Below, piece by piece: positions 29,073 to 39,122 of a stretch of 64,000 nucleotides of DNA (within the stretch, counting starts at the first letter, position 1; each line of letters begins with the position of its first letter). The notes under the pieces are model-generated. The model ran no database searches. It was not told the origin of the DNA and saw only the letters and a list, made by a program, of their open reading frames with translations. The translations under genes and the position numbers were made by a program. The stretch lies in NCBI GenBank assembly GCA_035652355.1, contig DASRDY010000225.1, forward strand, positions 3,942-67,941, in the 5' to 3' direction. The stretch is from Blastocatellia bacterium (GTDB lineage Bacteria > Acidobacteriota > Blastocatellia > DASRDY01).

Positions 29073-30458
29073 CTATTGATTTCCTGCCGGTTTGGCTTTT
29101 GGCTGCGTTATGACAACGGTTCGGTTATTGTCCGTAAAGTATTTGTTGGCAACTCGCATGATGTCTTCCTTTTTCACGGCCAACAGCTTGTCCACCTCAG
29201 TGTTGATAAGATTAGGATCGTTGAAATTCACGGCGTCATCGGCCAGATTTACCGCAATGCCGAGAGAGCTGGACATTGAGCTGATATGACTTCTAATCGC
29301 AAAATTCTTCGCCTTCTGAAGCTCTGAATCCGTCACGGGCTCTTTTTTAAACCGATCAAGCTCGGCGTACAGTGTCTTCTCAATTTCGCCTAAATCTTTA
29401 CCTGGCCGAGGTGAAACTGAAAGCTGGAATAATCCAGGTCCCCGTTTGTCTTCAGCAAACCCAAATGCGCCTGTAGCCACCTGATCCCGCTTTACAAGCT
29501 TCGTATATAAACGTGAGCTTTGACCGCTGGAAAGAATCGTTGACAGTAAGCTCAGCGCGAAGTAATCGTCGGTTTCGCCCTGGCTGATGTGATAGGCGAC
29601 GCTTATCCTGGGCAGCCTTGCCAGCGGATCCTCAATCGTTGTTCGCTTTTCTTTCTCCTGAGTCGGCTCGTCCATATCAATCTGTGGTGGAGCGGTATTC
29701 GATTTGATTTTGCCGAAATACTGCTTTGCCTTCGCCAGCACCTCATCGGTGTTTACATCACCGACGATGGCCACGACAGCGTTGTTAGGCGCATAATAAA
29801 CGCTGAAAAACTTCTTAACGTCATCAACGGAAGCGGCGTTCAGATCGTCCATAGATCCGATAACTGAGTGCTGATACGCGAAGTTTTCATAAGCGAGATT
29901 GCTAACTGTCTCGAATGTTTTACCGTAGGGCTGATTATCCACTCTCAATCGACGCTCTTCCTGAACTGCGTTCCGCTGGTTATCCAGGCTCTCCTGCGTG
30001 ATGTCCAAACCGGACATCCGATCGGCTTCCAGAAACATACCCAGGTCGAGCTGGTTCTTAGGCAGAGTCTCGTAGTAGAGAGTGCGATCCTCGTCGGTTG
30101 TACCGTTGTCCCCGCCGCCGTTATTGGCTATCAACAGCGAGTGTTCCCCGTCGCCAACGTTGCCAGAGCCTTTGAACATCATGTGCTCGAACAGATGAGC
30201 GAAGCCCGTTCGACCTCGACGTTCATCACGCGATCCGACGTTGTAACTAACGGCGATTGAATAAACCGGAGCGTGGTGGTCTTCGGCAACAATCAACCGC
30301 AACCCGTTTTCAAGTCGGAATTCCCTGAACTTTACCTGCGCTTTTTTTGCTGCGCTCTCGGTCTGCGGCAGCGCCGCGATTAACGAGCAAAGACTGAGCA
30401 GTACGACGGCTGCACTGCGGACGACTATTCTCATAACCGAACTCCTTTCAAAACTCAT
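29073..30458 (-). CDS. M16 family zinc peptidase, catalytic subunit
   Basis: Inverted zincin motif HLFEHMMFKG and a signal peptide. Tandem with the partner subunit. Confidence 0.8.
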   Translation of the reverse strand: MSFERSSVMRIVVRSAAVVLLSLCSLIAALPQTESAAKKAQVKFREFRLENGLRLIVAEDHHAPVYSIAVSYNVGSRDERRGRTGFAHLFEHMMFKGSGNVGDGEHSLLIANNGGGDNGTTDEDRTLYYETLPKNQLDLGMFLEADRMSGLDITQESLDNQRNAVQEERRLRVDNQPYGKTFETVSNLAYENFAYQHSVIGSMDDLNAASVDDVKKFFSVYYAPNNAVVAIVGDVNTDEVLAKAKQYFGKIKSNTAPPQIDMDEPTQEKEKRTTIEDPLARLPRISVAYHISQGETDDYFALSLLSTILSSGQSSRLYTKLVKRDQVATGAFGFAEDKRGPGLFQLSVSPRPGKDLGEIEKTLYAELDRFKKEPVTDSELQKAKNFAIRSHISSMSSSLGIAVNLADDAVNFNDPNLINTEVDKLLAVKKEDIMRVANKYFTDNNRTVVITQPKAKPAGNQ

Positions 30459-30875
30459 GCGGCAAAAAGGTATTTTGAAGACAACAAGAGCTATTTAGGA
30501 CGCATTGTACTGATTCGCAGCCACCCAGGAGGATGCCCCCAATCATTTGATTCAAATTTCAAAAGAGATGCAGTCTGGCTTTAAAGGGTTCCTAAACAAA
30601 CTCCTACAATCATTTATATGCCGGATACGGCAGGTTTGTTCCAAAAAATATTGCCGACGACAAAGAAGCTGCGATTGCCGACTTACCAAGACAATCGAGC
30701 TCGACCACAAATATGCCGAAGCTTTCGGTAACCGGGCTTTGGCGTTGCTGTCGATTAACAAAGACGCTGACGCCGATCGCGATTTCGATCAGTGCTTTAA
30801 GTTGAATAAAGCGTTAAAGCCTGAATATACCCGCCAGGCAGATATAATCAGGCATAACCGCGCCGTGAAACAGCC

Positions 30876-33455
30876 CTAGGGTTTAGGGCTATTCGATTTA
30901 ATCTGATCTTCCAATCTCTTTTGAAATTGCCCCAGGAACCGCTGTATTTGCGGGCTGTCCGCCAGCTTGTTCATCCGGGCTTTGAATAAATCGACTCCGC
31001 GCGGATCACCCAGGGAAACAAGCGCGGTCGCAGCAGTAACGACGAGCTGAAAGTTGTTAGTATCAAAGCCTTGGTCAAATGCATCAGCAATAAGCTGATA
31101 AGCTCTTGGATCGTTCTTCCCAGCTGCGCCAAGTATTTGAACCGCGGCAGTCCGTGTCTGTATAGGATTGCCTCTTGCTGCATAGCGAACCGCAACGTCC
31201 AATGCTCGCGGATCGCCGAGAGCACCCAGACCGATCAGACCTGAAATTCTGACGCTGTCACGCCACGACGGTTGATCCAGGAGCTTGTTCAGCGCATCGT
31301 AAGCCTTGTCGCTCTTGGTTTCGCCCAGGGCGCGGGCGGCGGCGCGAACGACGTTGTAGCTTTGATCGTTAAGAAACGAAAGGTAAAGGCTTGCCAAAGC
31401 AGGATCCTTGGTCGCCTCAAGCGAATTGATTGCTTTCGCGCGCACTCGTGGATTCTGATCCTTTGTCGCAGCAATTAAAGCTGTTTTGGCGTTCGAATCG
31501 GATGAACCACTCAATGCACCGGCAGCGTCTACACGCATTCCCCAGAATTTGTCGGCGGTAACAGCAGTACTGATCGCTTTGGTTATTGTCGATTTTTCGC
31601 CAGTATCGGTTTTCGAATCTCGCATTCGCTTCGACAGATTATCCAGGGCGAAGATTCGGCCCATTGAATCTTCGTCGTGGGCCAGTTGATATATCAATTG
31701 GTCTGTCGGTTTGTCGAAGGTTAATTCTTTGATCATCGTGTCGCCGTAATCAAAGTTAACCAGCGTGGGTTCTGCGTCGACCTTGAATGTCAGATTCTGG
31801 TCTTCCTTAGCATCGATCCATCCTCGTTCGACGTGTGTCCCGGACGCAGTGCCGACTTCAACATCGACTGGCATTTGGAAGAATGTGACCTGCGGATAAA
31901 GCCAGGTTGGATCCGGCTTCTGTTCCTGTTTTACGTTGAGAGTCAGAGTCTTCGATCCAGCGTCATAATTCTGAGTGACACGGAAGATCGGGTGACCCAT
32001 TTTGTAGAGCCACTCGTCAAAAAACCAATCCATCGATTGCCCGGTTGCTTCCTCGATTGCGATGCGGAACTGCTCTGTATCGACGGGAGTATGCGCGTAT
32101 TTCGTCAGGTAGTGATTGATCGCTCGCCACCAGTTGTCTTCACCCAATGTCTTCCGCAGCATGTGAAGGACAGCGCCACCACGAGGATACGCGTATGTAT
32201 CGAACACCGCGTCGGGATCGGCATAGTTTTTCGTTACAATCGGTCGACGTAACCCCTGGCGCCACGCGTTGAAATACTGATCCTGGTTCGACTTTACGTC
32301 CAGATAGAGGAAGTCGTCGCGACCGACGGAATGCTCGTCCCACATTGCCTGAAAATATGTAGCGAAACTTTCGTTCAGCCAAATATCCGACCACGAACGG
32401 CAGGTGACGAAATCGCCGAACCACTGATGAGCCAGCTCGTGCGATTCCAGGCTGTCGGCAGTCTGATCGATATCGCTCCTCGCATCATGGATCATAATGT
32501 CGTACATCGTCGTGGCAGAGATGTTCTCCATACCGCCGTTAAAATCGTGGGTCATAGTCTGGGCGTATTTGTCGTATGGATATTTGACGCCTGTCTTTTC
32601 TGAAAAGAATCTGACCATATCCGCCATGCGAGCGGCTGTGATTCGGCCTTCCGCGACCTGATTTGGATAGACGTTCGTAATAACCGGAATACCCGCATAA
32701 TTCTGTTCGATCTGAGCGTATTCGCCAACAACTATCGATGTCAGGTAAGTCGCGTGCGGAACATCGATCTTCCAGTCGAATGTGCGAGTGTTGTCGCCAT
32801 TGTCTTTAGTGCTGATCAGTTTGCCGTTGGAAATGACAGTAAGCGGTTTGTCAACAGTGGCGACGACTTCGGTAGTCGTGAAGTCGTTCGGATGGTCATA
32901 GCAGGGAAACCAGTAATGGTTATATTCGCTCTCGCCTTGTGACCAGATCTGGCGTGGCGCAGTAGGATCGTCCTGAGTCGGCTTAATAAACGTGAGCCCG
33001 CCACCGCCGTTCACGCTGCGATTGGGCACCGGACCGTTTGTATGGTAATCGACAATTATCGTCAGGGTATCAGAAGGCTGGTACGTCCGATCAAGTGAGA
33101 CAGTCAGCTTCTCTTCCTTCATATCCGCATTGAATTTCAACGCAGTGCCGGAAGCGAACTTGACGGAGTTGATCGTCATATCCCCCGCATCAAGCTCGAT
33201 TTTATTCAAGTCCTTGACGAGGGGATTAAATGTTATTGTCGCCGTGCCGATAGCCCACTCTTTCGTGAAATCGAAATGCAGATTCAGTTTTATATTCTGA
33301 GTATGGAAATCATGACTGGGAATATAACGAGGTGCCGGTAGTGGGTGCGGTGCTTGTTGTTGCTGAGCAAAGGCTGAGGGCGGCAGACAAAATGTCGCGA
33401 TTATTAAAAGAGCGAAAAGTCTTTGCATCAATACTGGAACTCGACTGAATCTCAT
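30876..33455 (-). CDS. M1 family aminopeptidase (aminopeptidase N-like) with C-terminal HEAT/ARM repeats
   Basis: HELAHQWFGD followed by WLNESFATY (HEXXH-18-E). Signal peptide. C-terminal HEAT-like repeats (PRVRAKAINSL...VVRAAARALG). Confidence 0.8.
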   Translation of the reverse strand: MRFSRVPVLMQRLFALLIIATFCLPPSAFAQQQQAPHPLPAPRYIPSHDFHTQNIKLNLHFDFTKEWAIGTATITFNPLVKDLNKIELDAGDMTINSVKFASGTALKFNADMKEEKLTVSLDRTYQPSDTLTIIVDYHTNGPVPNRSVNGGGGLTFIKPTQDDPTAPRQIWSQGESEYNHYWFPCYDHPNDFTTTEVVATVDKPLTVISNGKLISTKDNGDNTRTFDWKIDVPHATYLTSIVVGEYAQIEQNYAGIPVITNVYPNQVAEGRITAARMADMVRFFSEKTGVKYPYDKYAQTMTHDFNGGMENISATTMYDIMIHDARSDIDQTADSLESHELAHQWFGDFVTCRSWSDIWLNESFATYFQAMWDEHSVGRDDFLYLDVKSNQDQYFNAWRQGLRRPIVTKNYADPDAVFDTYAYPRGGAVLHMLRKTLGEDNWWRAINHYLTKYAHTPVDTEQFRIAIEEATGQSMDWFFDEWLYKMGHPIFRVTQNYDAGSKTLTLNVKQEQKPDPTWLYPQVTFFQMPVDVEVGTASGTHVERGWIDAKEDQNLTFKVDAEPTLVNFDYGDTMIKELTFDKPTDQLIYQLAHDEDSMGRIFALDNLSKRMRDSKTDTGEKSTITKAISTAVTADKFWGMRVDAAGALSGSSDSNAKTALIAATKDQNPRVRAKAINSLEATKDPALASLYLSFLNDQSYNVVRAAARALGETKSDKAYDALNKLLDQPSWRDSVRISGLIGLGALGDPRALDVAVRYAARGNPIQTRTAAVQILGAAGKNDPRAYQLIADAFDQGFDTNNFQLVVTAATALVSLGDPRGVDLFKARMNKLADSPQIQRFLGQFQKRLEDQIKSNSPKP

Positions 33456-33641
33456 TGTTCTCTCCGATGTTGGTTTGGTTAGGTGCAGCGTAAAGAGATG
33501 AGATTACACTTTAACTGGTGAGAGGCCAAATAATTCCTGTGGAAGATTTAAAGAGGAAAAGCGCAATAAGCCGATGATCGCGCCGCTTTTCAAGTGAAGG
33601 CTTGTCTGGGTGAAACTGTGACATCATTTGATCGCGAATTT

Positions 33642-33766
33642 CCGGCGCGACACTTGGTGTCACGGCAGTAATTACAGACAAGGAAGGTCTTATCGGCGGT
33701 GTGACAGCGTGACACCAGTTGGCCAAAAACGGAGTCTTGTGCGGTATTGTGGCAAATTGTGCTACG
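33642..33766 (-). repeat. Conserved ~125-nt intergenic element, copy 2 (reverse orientation)
   Basis: See copy 1. About 70% identity overall, with two 10-11-nt perfectly conserved blocks. Confidence 0.5.
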
Positions 33767-34030
33767 GTTATATACGCATCTCTTGACGGGTATTGACCTT
33801 ATACCTTAGTGTAAGGTGCATACTTGGCTGATAAACCGTTCATTTGGGTGTCAAAAACAATGCTGCGGAACGCGTCCGCATGTAGCGTAGGCATCTTGCC
33901 TGCGTCCATTTTGAAGGGGGCGATTCAGTCGGCAAAGCACGGTTAGTGAAGTGGGCGATTTCTGTAGGCAAGGCAGGTCCATTGAGGGACACAGACTGGA
34001 AGTCCGTGCTACATGCCGAAAGGAGAGCTG

Positions 34031-34435
34031 ATGCGAATCGGAGAGGTAGCCAACGAAGCCGGAGTTAACATTCAGACCATTCGGTTCTACGAGCGCAATG
34101 GGCTGCTGAGAAAACCGAGGAGGCTTTCTTCCAGCTATCGCGATTATACGCCGGAAACGGTCCAAATCGTCAAATTCATTAAGCGCTGGCAACAGTGGGG
34201 CTTTAAACTCAGAGAGATAAAGCTGATTCTTGAAGGCCTTTCTAAGGCAGCGCCGAACGCGATCATCGTCAGAAACAGCATTGAAGAGAAGATACGCGAC
34301 CTCGAAGAACAGATTGTCACCCTGCAGGCAATGCGCGATGAATTAAGCGCCGGGCTGAATACCTGCCAGTGTAAAGATACTGAAACAATGTGCTCCGGGG
34401 TTCGGCATCTGGTTGATGCGCTAAAGCAACGCTAG
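34031..34435 (+). CDS. MerR family transcriptional regulator
   Basis: MerR HTH (MRIGEVANEAGVNIQTIRFYERNGLL), a dimerisation coiled coil, and a C-terminal CQCKDTETMC Cys cluster that may bind metal. Confidence 0.75.
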   Translation: MRIGEVANEAGVNIQTIRFYERNGLLRKPRRLSSSYRDYTPETVQIVKFIKRWQQWGFKLREIKLILEGLSKAAPNAIIVRNSIEEKIRDLEEQIVTLQAMRDELSAGLNTCQCKDTETMCSGVRHLVDALKQR

Positions 34436-34465
34436 CGTACTGACCAATTGAAGAGAAATGCTTTA

Positions 34466-35968
34466 TTAGCGTGTTGCAGAAACCGTGCGAAGCACGCCAC
34501 CCAGCACTCGCACCGCCTGAGATATTTGCCTTGGAGTATAACCGGTATAACCCAGCCTCAACCCACTTCGAGCCGGTGGTTCAATGAAATAAATTGAGAG
34601 CGGCGTCACTTCGATGCCTTGATCTTTCGCAGCTTTTGCCGCAGTGCGATCGTTGACACCATCGGGCAGCCAGCCCATCAAATGCATCCCCGCGTCGCTA
34701 GGCTGGACCTCGAGCATCCCTGTTAATTCGCGCGCGGCGGCTTTGACTAATGCGTACTGTCGCTCGGCGTAAAGCGTTCGCATTCGACGTATATGACGCG
34801 CAAAATGGCCTTCAGCTATGAAATCAGCCAGCACCGCCTGCTCGAGGGTTGGACACTGATGGCCGGCCAGCCTGCGAGCTCCAACAAATGCGTCAACCAG
34901 GTCGGGTGGAGAGATGATGTATCCGATTCGGATCGAAGGGAACAATACTTTGCTTAAGGTTCCCACATAGATCACCCGTTGTTCATTATCCAATCCTTGA
35001 AGAGCCGCCAGCGGTCTTCCTACATAGCGAAATTCGCTGTCGTAATCGTCCTCTATGATCCAGGCGCCGGCATCGCTTGCGAATTTCAAAAGAGCCAGCC
35101 GTCGCGCAAGACTCAAAGTCATTCCCAGCGGATACTGATGCGAGGGCGTTACATAAATCAGGCGTGGTTTTGGACAATGTCGTTTTCCAGCCGCGACGTT
35201 CAATCCTTCCGAATCAACTGGAACCGGCGTTATCCGAGCGCCGAGAGCTCTGAACACAGCGCGAGCGCCAAGAAAACCGGGGTCTTCGATCCACACCTTG
35301 TCTCTTTGATCGAGTAAAACTTTTGTGCTCAGCTCAAGGGCGTGCTGCGATCCGGAAACTATTATTATCTGCTCTGGCGCACAACGGACTCCACGCGTTG
35401 CGTTGAGGTAAGACGATATAGCCGTTCGCAAAGGAAGATAACCGGCAGAATCGTTGTAGGGGACCAGATCTCTTCCGCTTTCGCGCCAGCGACGAGTCAA
35501 TAGTCGTTCCCATAGTTTGTAGGGGAACTCATCAAAAGCCGGAGTGCTGGTGCGGAAGGGACGAGACTTGCCCGCGTAATTGCCAGGCATTGTGCGTACG
35601 GATACTGCTTCTGTACCCCAGCGTGACAACGATGGCCTTGTGCCGCTCTGGTTCTGTGAGACATGTCCATCAGATTCGGCCCGCAACAGATCATCCGGCA
35701 ACTGACGCGAAACGTAAGTGCCATCGCCTACACGGGATTCGAGATAGCTCTCTGCAAGTAATTGATCGAATGCGTTAACGACAGTGTTTCGCGCAACACC
35801 GAATTCATCGGCGAGATCGCGCGAAGAGGGCAATCTGGTTCCAGGCATTAGCCGGCCCGACAATATCGCCAGTCGTAATTGATCGTATAATTGCCGGTAA
35901 AGCGCGTCGTCGGATGATTTGTCCAGCGATACGGCAATGTTGGGTAACGATGTGGCGACTTTGGTCAT
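34466..35968 (-). CDS. MocR-family regulator (GntR HTH + PLP-dependent aminotransferase domain)
   Basis: N-terminal GntR HTH (LYRQLYDQLRLAILSGRL...SSRDLADEFGVARNTV) and a C-terminal fold-type I aminotransferase domain. Confidence 0.8.
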   Translation of the reverse strand: MTKVATSLPNIAVSLDKSSDDALYRQLYDQLRLAILSGRLMPGTRLPSSRDLADEFGVARNTVVNAFDQLLAESYLESRVGDGTYVSRQLPDDLLRAESDGHVSQNQSGTRPSLSRWGTEAVSVRTMPGNYAGKSRPFRTSTPAFDEFPYKLWERLLTRRWRESGRDLVPYNDSAGYLPLRTAISSYLNATRGVRCAPEQIIIVSGSQHALELSTKVLLDQRDKVWIEDPGFLGARAVFRALGARITPVPVDSEGLNVAAGKRHCPKPRLIYVTPSHQYPLGMTLSLARRLALLKFASDAGAWIIEDDYDSEFRYVGRPLAALQGLDNEQRVIYVGTLSKVLFPSIRIGYIISPPDLVDAFVGARRLAGHQCPTLEQAVLADFIAEGHFARHIRRMRTLYAERQYALVKAAARELTGMLEVQPSDAGMHLMGWLPDGVNDRTAAKAAKDQGIEVTPLSIYFIEPPARSGLRLGYTGYTPRQISQAVRVLGGVLRTVSATR

Positions 35969-36081
35969 ACTTTCTCTGCGGATAATAATAGATTGGTTCT
36001 ATGCAAATACGCAATAATGGCACTTGTGCGTATGCCAATACTGAACTACTTTATCTGGGCTTAGTCTGGGGAAGGATTACT

Positions 36082-38517
36082 ATGGGGAACAATTTCAGGC
36101 GCGCGTTTATTTTGGTTTCGCAATTCGTTTTGATCTTCGCTTTGATCTCTTCATTCGTGATCACACAAGGATCATCGGGGACTAAAACACAATTACCCAC
36201 GGGAGTATCGCTGGAACCGGCGGGGCGATCAGTTGACGTGGGGAATATGCCGCTTGCGATGAAGTTTTCGCCGGACAAGAAATATGTTGTGCTTGCGTTG
36301 AATGGCTGGCGGCAGCAGGGAATTCAGGTCGTTGAACTTGCGACAGGTAAAGTCGTGCAGACCCTCGAGCAGCCTTCGGCTTTTCTAGGTCTCGCGTTTT
36401 CGCCCAGTGGATCAAACCTGTTTGTTTCCGGAGCAAATGAAGATGCCGTATTTCGTTACAAGTGGCAGGATGGGCAAGCAACTCTCCAGGACAAAATTGT
36501 TCTGGCTGACAAGCAACCAAAAAAAGACGGAACGCGGTTTCCCGCAGGACTTGCCGTTTCACGTGACGGACGGCATTTGTATGTGGCGGAAAATATTGCC
36601 GATACGGTCGCTGTTATTGATTTGGACAACAATAGTATCGTTCAGCGGCTCAAGACAGATCACTACCCTTACGAAGTGACGGTTGCGTCTGATAACAAAA
36701 TTTACGTTTCTTCGTGGGGTAGTCAAACAGTCACCGTCTTCAATTCGAAACATGATGGTTCGCTAACAGTCTCAGGCAAGATCATCGTCGGACGTCATCC
36801 ATCGGCGATGTTGCTTAGCGACGACGGCAACAGGCTCTTTGTAATATCGGCCAGCACCGACCGCGTTGCCGTCGTCGATACCAGGACGAATCGTGTTATC
36901 AAACACCTGGCGGATTCACCTCCGTCCGGAACACTCGAAGGCAGCACACCAAATGCTTTGGCGCTCTCTCCCGATGGAAAGAGATTGTTTGTGGCAGAAG
37001 CGGATAACAACGCTGTCGCGGTATTTGATCTGGGTCGAGTGACAGCAGGTAAGGCGACCGGGCGAACCGTTGACAAGATGGTTGGGCGCATCCCATGCGG
37101 ATGGTATCCGACTGCGCTGCTGACAGCAGCGGATTCTTTGATTGTGGCGAATGGGAAGGGCCGCGGAACTGCACCGAACTCGACGATGCGGCAGCCGAAC
37201 GTTAAGCTCAGCCCTAACGATACTGATTACACGCTTGGACAACTTAACGGAACACTGACTTTTTTGCCTCTGCAATTTTCAGCCGCTGAGCTGCAGGATT
37301 TCACGCGACAAGTTGCGGAACTGAATAACTGGAACCGCACGCGTACGGTTCCGAGCTATCCGCCGTTCAAACACGTCATCTATATAATCAAAGAGAACCG
37401 AACCTACGATCAGATGTTCGGCGACATGCCCGAAGGCGACGGAGACCGCAGCCTTCTTTACTATCCGAAAGAAGCCAACCCGAACCATCGCGCAATTGTT
37501 CAGAGATTCGGATTATTCGACCGTTTCTTCGTCAACGCTGAAGTGAGCCAGCAAGGCCATCCGTGGAGCACCTCTGCATACGTTACTGATTACACCGAGA
37601 AAACGACGCCCGCTATCTATTCGCATCGGCGAGCCACCCCTGATGATGAAGGCGAGACTGACGATCCGGTCGCAGGGTTTTTGTGGGATTCGGCGATCAA
37701 AAAAGGTCTCACCTTGCGGAATTACGGTGAGTACGGCGAGCAGGTGCCAGGCACTGGTCAGGGACCGGGTGAACCGGCGCGATACCGAGCGACAAAGGCT
37801 TTGCTCGACAAATACACCAATCACGAATACCCGTCGTTTGACTTGAATATTCCCGATCAGACACGTGCCGACGTCTGGCTGAAAGAATTTCAACATTACG
37901 TCGAGACCGGAACCATGCCTTCCCTGGAGATCATGCATTTACCCAGCGATCATTCTGCCGGTGGACGCGCGGGTGAGAAAACACCGCGAGCGTATATGGC
38001 CGACAACGATCTCGCGCTCGGCCGACTTGTCGAGGCCGTTTCGAAATCGCGTTATTGGCAGGACACGGTCTTTTTCGTGCTTGAGGACGATGCTCAGGAC
38101 GGACCTGACCACGTCGACTCTCACCGGTCGGTGTTGATGGCTATCTCCGCATACAATCGAGGCGGCACGCTCGATCGATTTGTAAACACAACCGATGTCG
38201 TGGCGACTATTGAAGAGATACTGGGAATGCAACCTCTTTCGCAGTTCGATCGATTTGGTAAGCCGTTGAGAGAAATATTCGCGGACAAACCGAACTTAAA
38301 TCCCTACGTGGCGATTACTCCCGCTCAGTCGATGACGGAGAAAAATCCAGCCCAGGGCAGCGTTGCGGAGGATTCCAAAAAGCTGGACCTGCACAAAGAA
38401 GACATGGCCGACATGGATTTGTTCAATCGCATTCTCTGGCGAGCCATCAAGGGGGAAAGCGTTCCGTACCCCGGAACAAAACGGATGACGTCTTTGGATT
38501 ACATCAGATCACGGTAA
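36082..38517 (+). CDS. Bifunctional YVTN beta-propeller / phosphoesterase (PLC/AcpA-like) family protein
   Basis: N-terminal repeated YVTN-type blades (GRHLYVAE, NKIYVSS, NRLFVIS, KRLFVAE). C-terminal phosphoesterase family motif VIYIIKENRTYDQMFGD. Start at the internal Met with a TM/signal sequence. Confidence 0.65.
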   Translation: MGNNFRRAFILVSQFVLIFALISSFVITQGSSGTKTQLPTGVSLEPAGRSVDVGNMPLAMKFSPDKKYVVLALNGWRQQGIQVVELATGKVVQTLEQPSAFLGLAFSPSGSNLFVSGANEDAVFRYKWQDGQATLQDKIVLADKQPKKDGTRFPAGLAVSRDGRHLYVAENIADTVAVIDLDNNSIVQRLKTDHYPYEVTVASDNKIYVSSWGSQTVTVFNSKHDGSLTVSGKIIVGRHPSAMLLSDDGNRLFVISASTDRVAVVDTRTNRVIKHLADSPPSGTLEGSTPNALALSPDGKRLFVAEADNNAVAVFDLGRVTAGKATGRTVDKMVGRIPCGWYPTALLTAADSLIVANGKGRGTAPNSTMRQPNVKLSPNDTDYTLGQLNGTLTFLPLQFSAAELQDFTRQVAELNNWNRTRTVPSYPPFKHVIYIIKENRTYDQMFGDMPEGDGDRSLLYYPKEANPNHRAIVQRFGLFDRFFVNAEVSQQGHPWSTSAYVTDYTEKTTPAIYSHRRATPDDEGETDDPVAGFLWDSAIKKGLTLRNYGEYGEQVPGTGQGPGEPARYRATKALLDKYTNHEYPSFDLNIPDQTRADVWLKEFQHYVETGTMPSLEIMHLPSDHSAGGRAGEKTPRAYMADNDLALGRLVEAVSKSRYWQDTVFFVLEDDAQDGPDHVDSHRSVLMAISAYNRGGTLDRFVNTTDVVATIEEILGMQPLSQFDRFGKPLREIFADKPNLNPYVAITPAQSMTEKNPAQGSVAEDSKKLDLHKEDMADMDLFNRILWRAIKGESVPYPGTKRMTSLDYIRSR

Positions 38518-38525
38518 ATTCAAGT

Positions 38526-39023
38526 ATGGATTTTAAGATCAGGCCGGCGACCGCAGACGATGCTGAGTGTCTGGCGCGGCTCCGCTATGAATTCCGCGTC
38601 GGGTTTAGCGAGACCACCGAATCAGAGCCGGAGTTTCTTGAGCGTTGCGAGCAATGGATGGCGAATCGTCTATCCGACAAGTCGCAATGGCGATGCTGGG
38701 TGGCAGAATACGAAGGTCAATTCATTGGAAATGCCTGGCTGCAGTTGATCGAGAAGATTCCCAATCCGGCAGTCGAGCCGGAACTTCATGGTTATCTGAC
38801 CAACTTTTTTGTTCGCGAAAAGATGAGGAACCGAGGAGTCGGATCAAAGCTACTGAAAATCGCGTTGGATTACTGCAACGCATCAGGCGTCCATGCTGTT
38901 TTCCTTTGGCCAACTGATGAGAGCCGTACTCTATACATAAGTCATGGCATCGGACCGACGACTTTAATATTCGCAAAACATCTAAGTCCGGCGGAACAGA
39001 CTAAAGGGAAGTGTGATGAATAG
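38526..39023 (+). CDS. GNAT family N-acetyltransferase
   Basis: GNAT motif A region (VREKMRNRGVGSKLLKIALDY). Confidence 0.7.
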   Translation: MDFKIRPATADDAECLARLRYEFRVGFSETTESEPEFLERCEQWMANRLSDKSQWRCWVAEYEGQFIGNAWLQLIEKIPNPAVEPELHGYLTNFFVREKMRNRGVGSKLLKIALDYCNASGVHAVFLWPTDESRTLYISHGIGPTTLIFAKHLSPAEQTKGKCDE

Positions 39024-39122
39024 TCCCCTGACCCGCTGGGGTCTGCTCGGCAGAAACATATATGGTCTGACGATGGTTGCTTTGGCGTTGAGCAGATTAT
39101 CTTCTCGAACTTTAATCCTGCT

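Noticed and set aside
33851-34192. 113-aa minus-strand ORF overlapping the MerR start
   Set aside because: It overlaps the conserved non-coding element and the MerR HTH coding region on the opposite strand, with no homology signal. Spurious.
35985-36030. TGGCAC-containing motif (aatggcacttgtgcgtatgc) between MocR and the propeller-phosphoesterase gene, considered as a sigma-54 promoter
   Set aside because: The -12 element (TTGC) is absent at the correct spacing. It is more likely an inverted repeat atacgca...tgcgtat, possibly a MocR operator, and is too weak to call.
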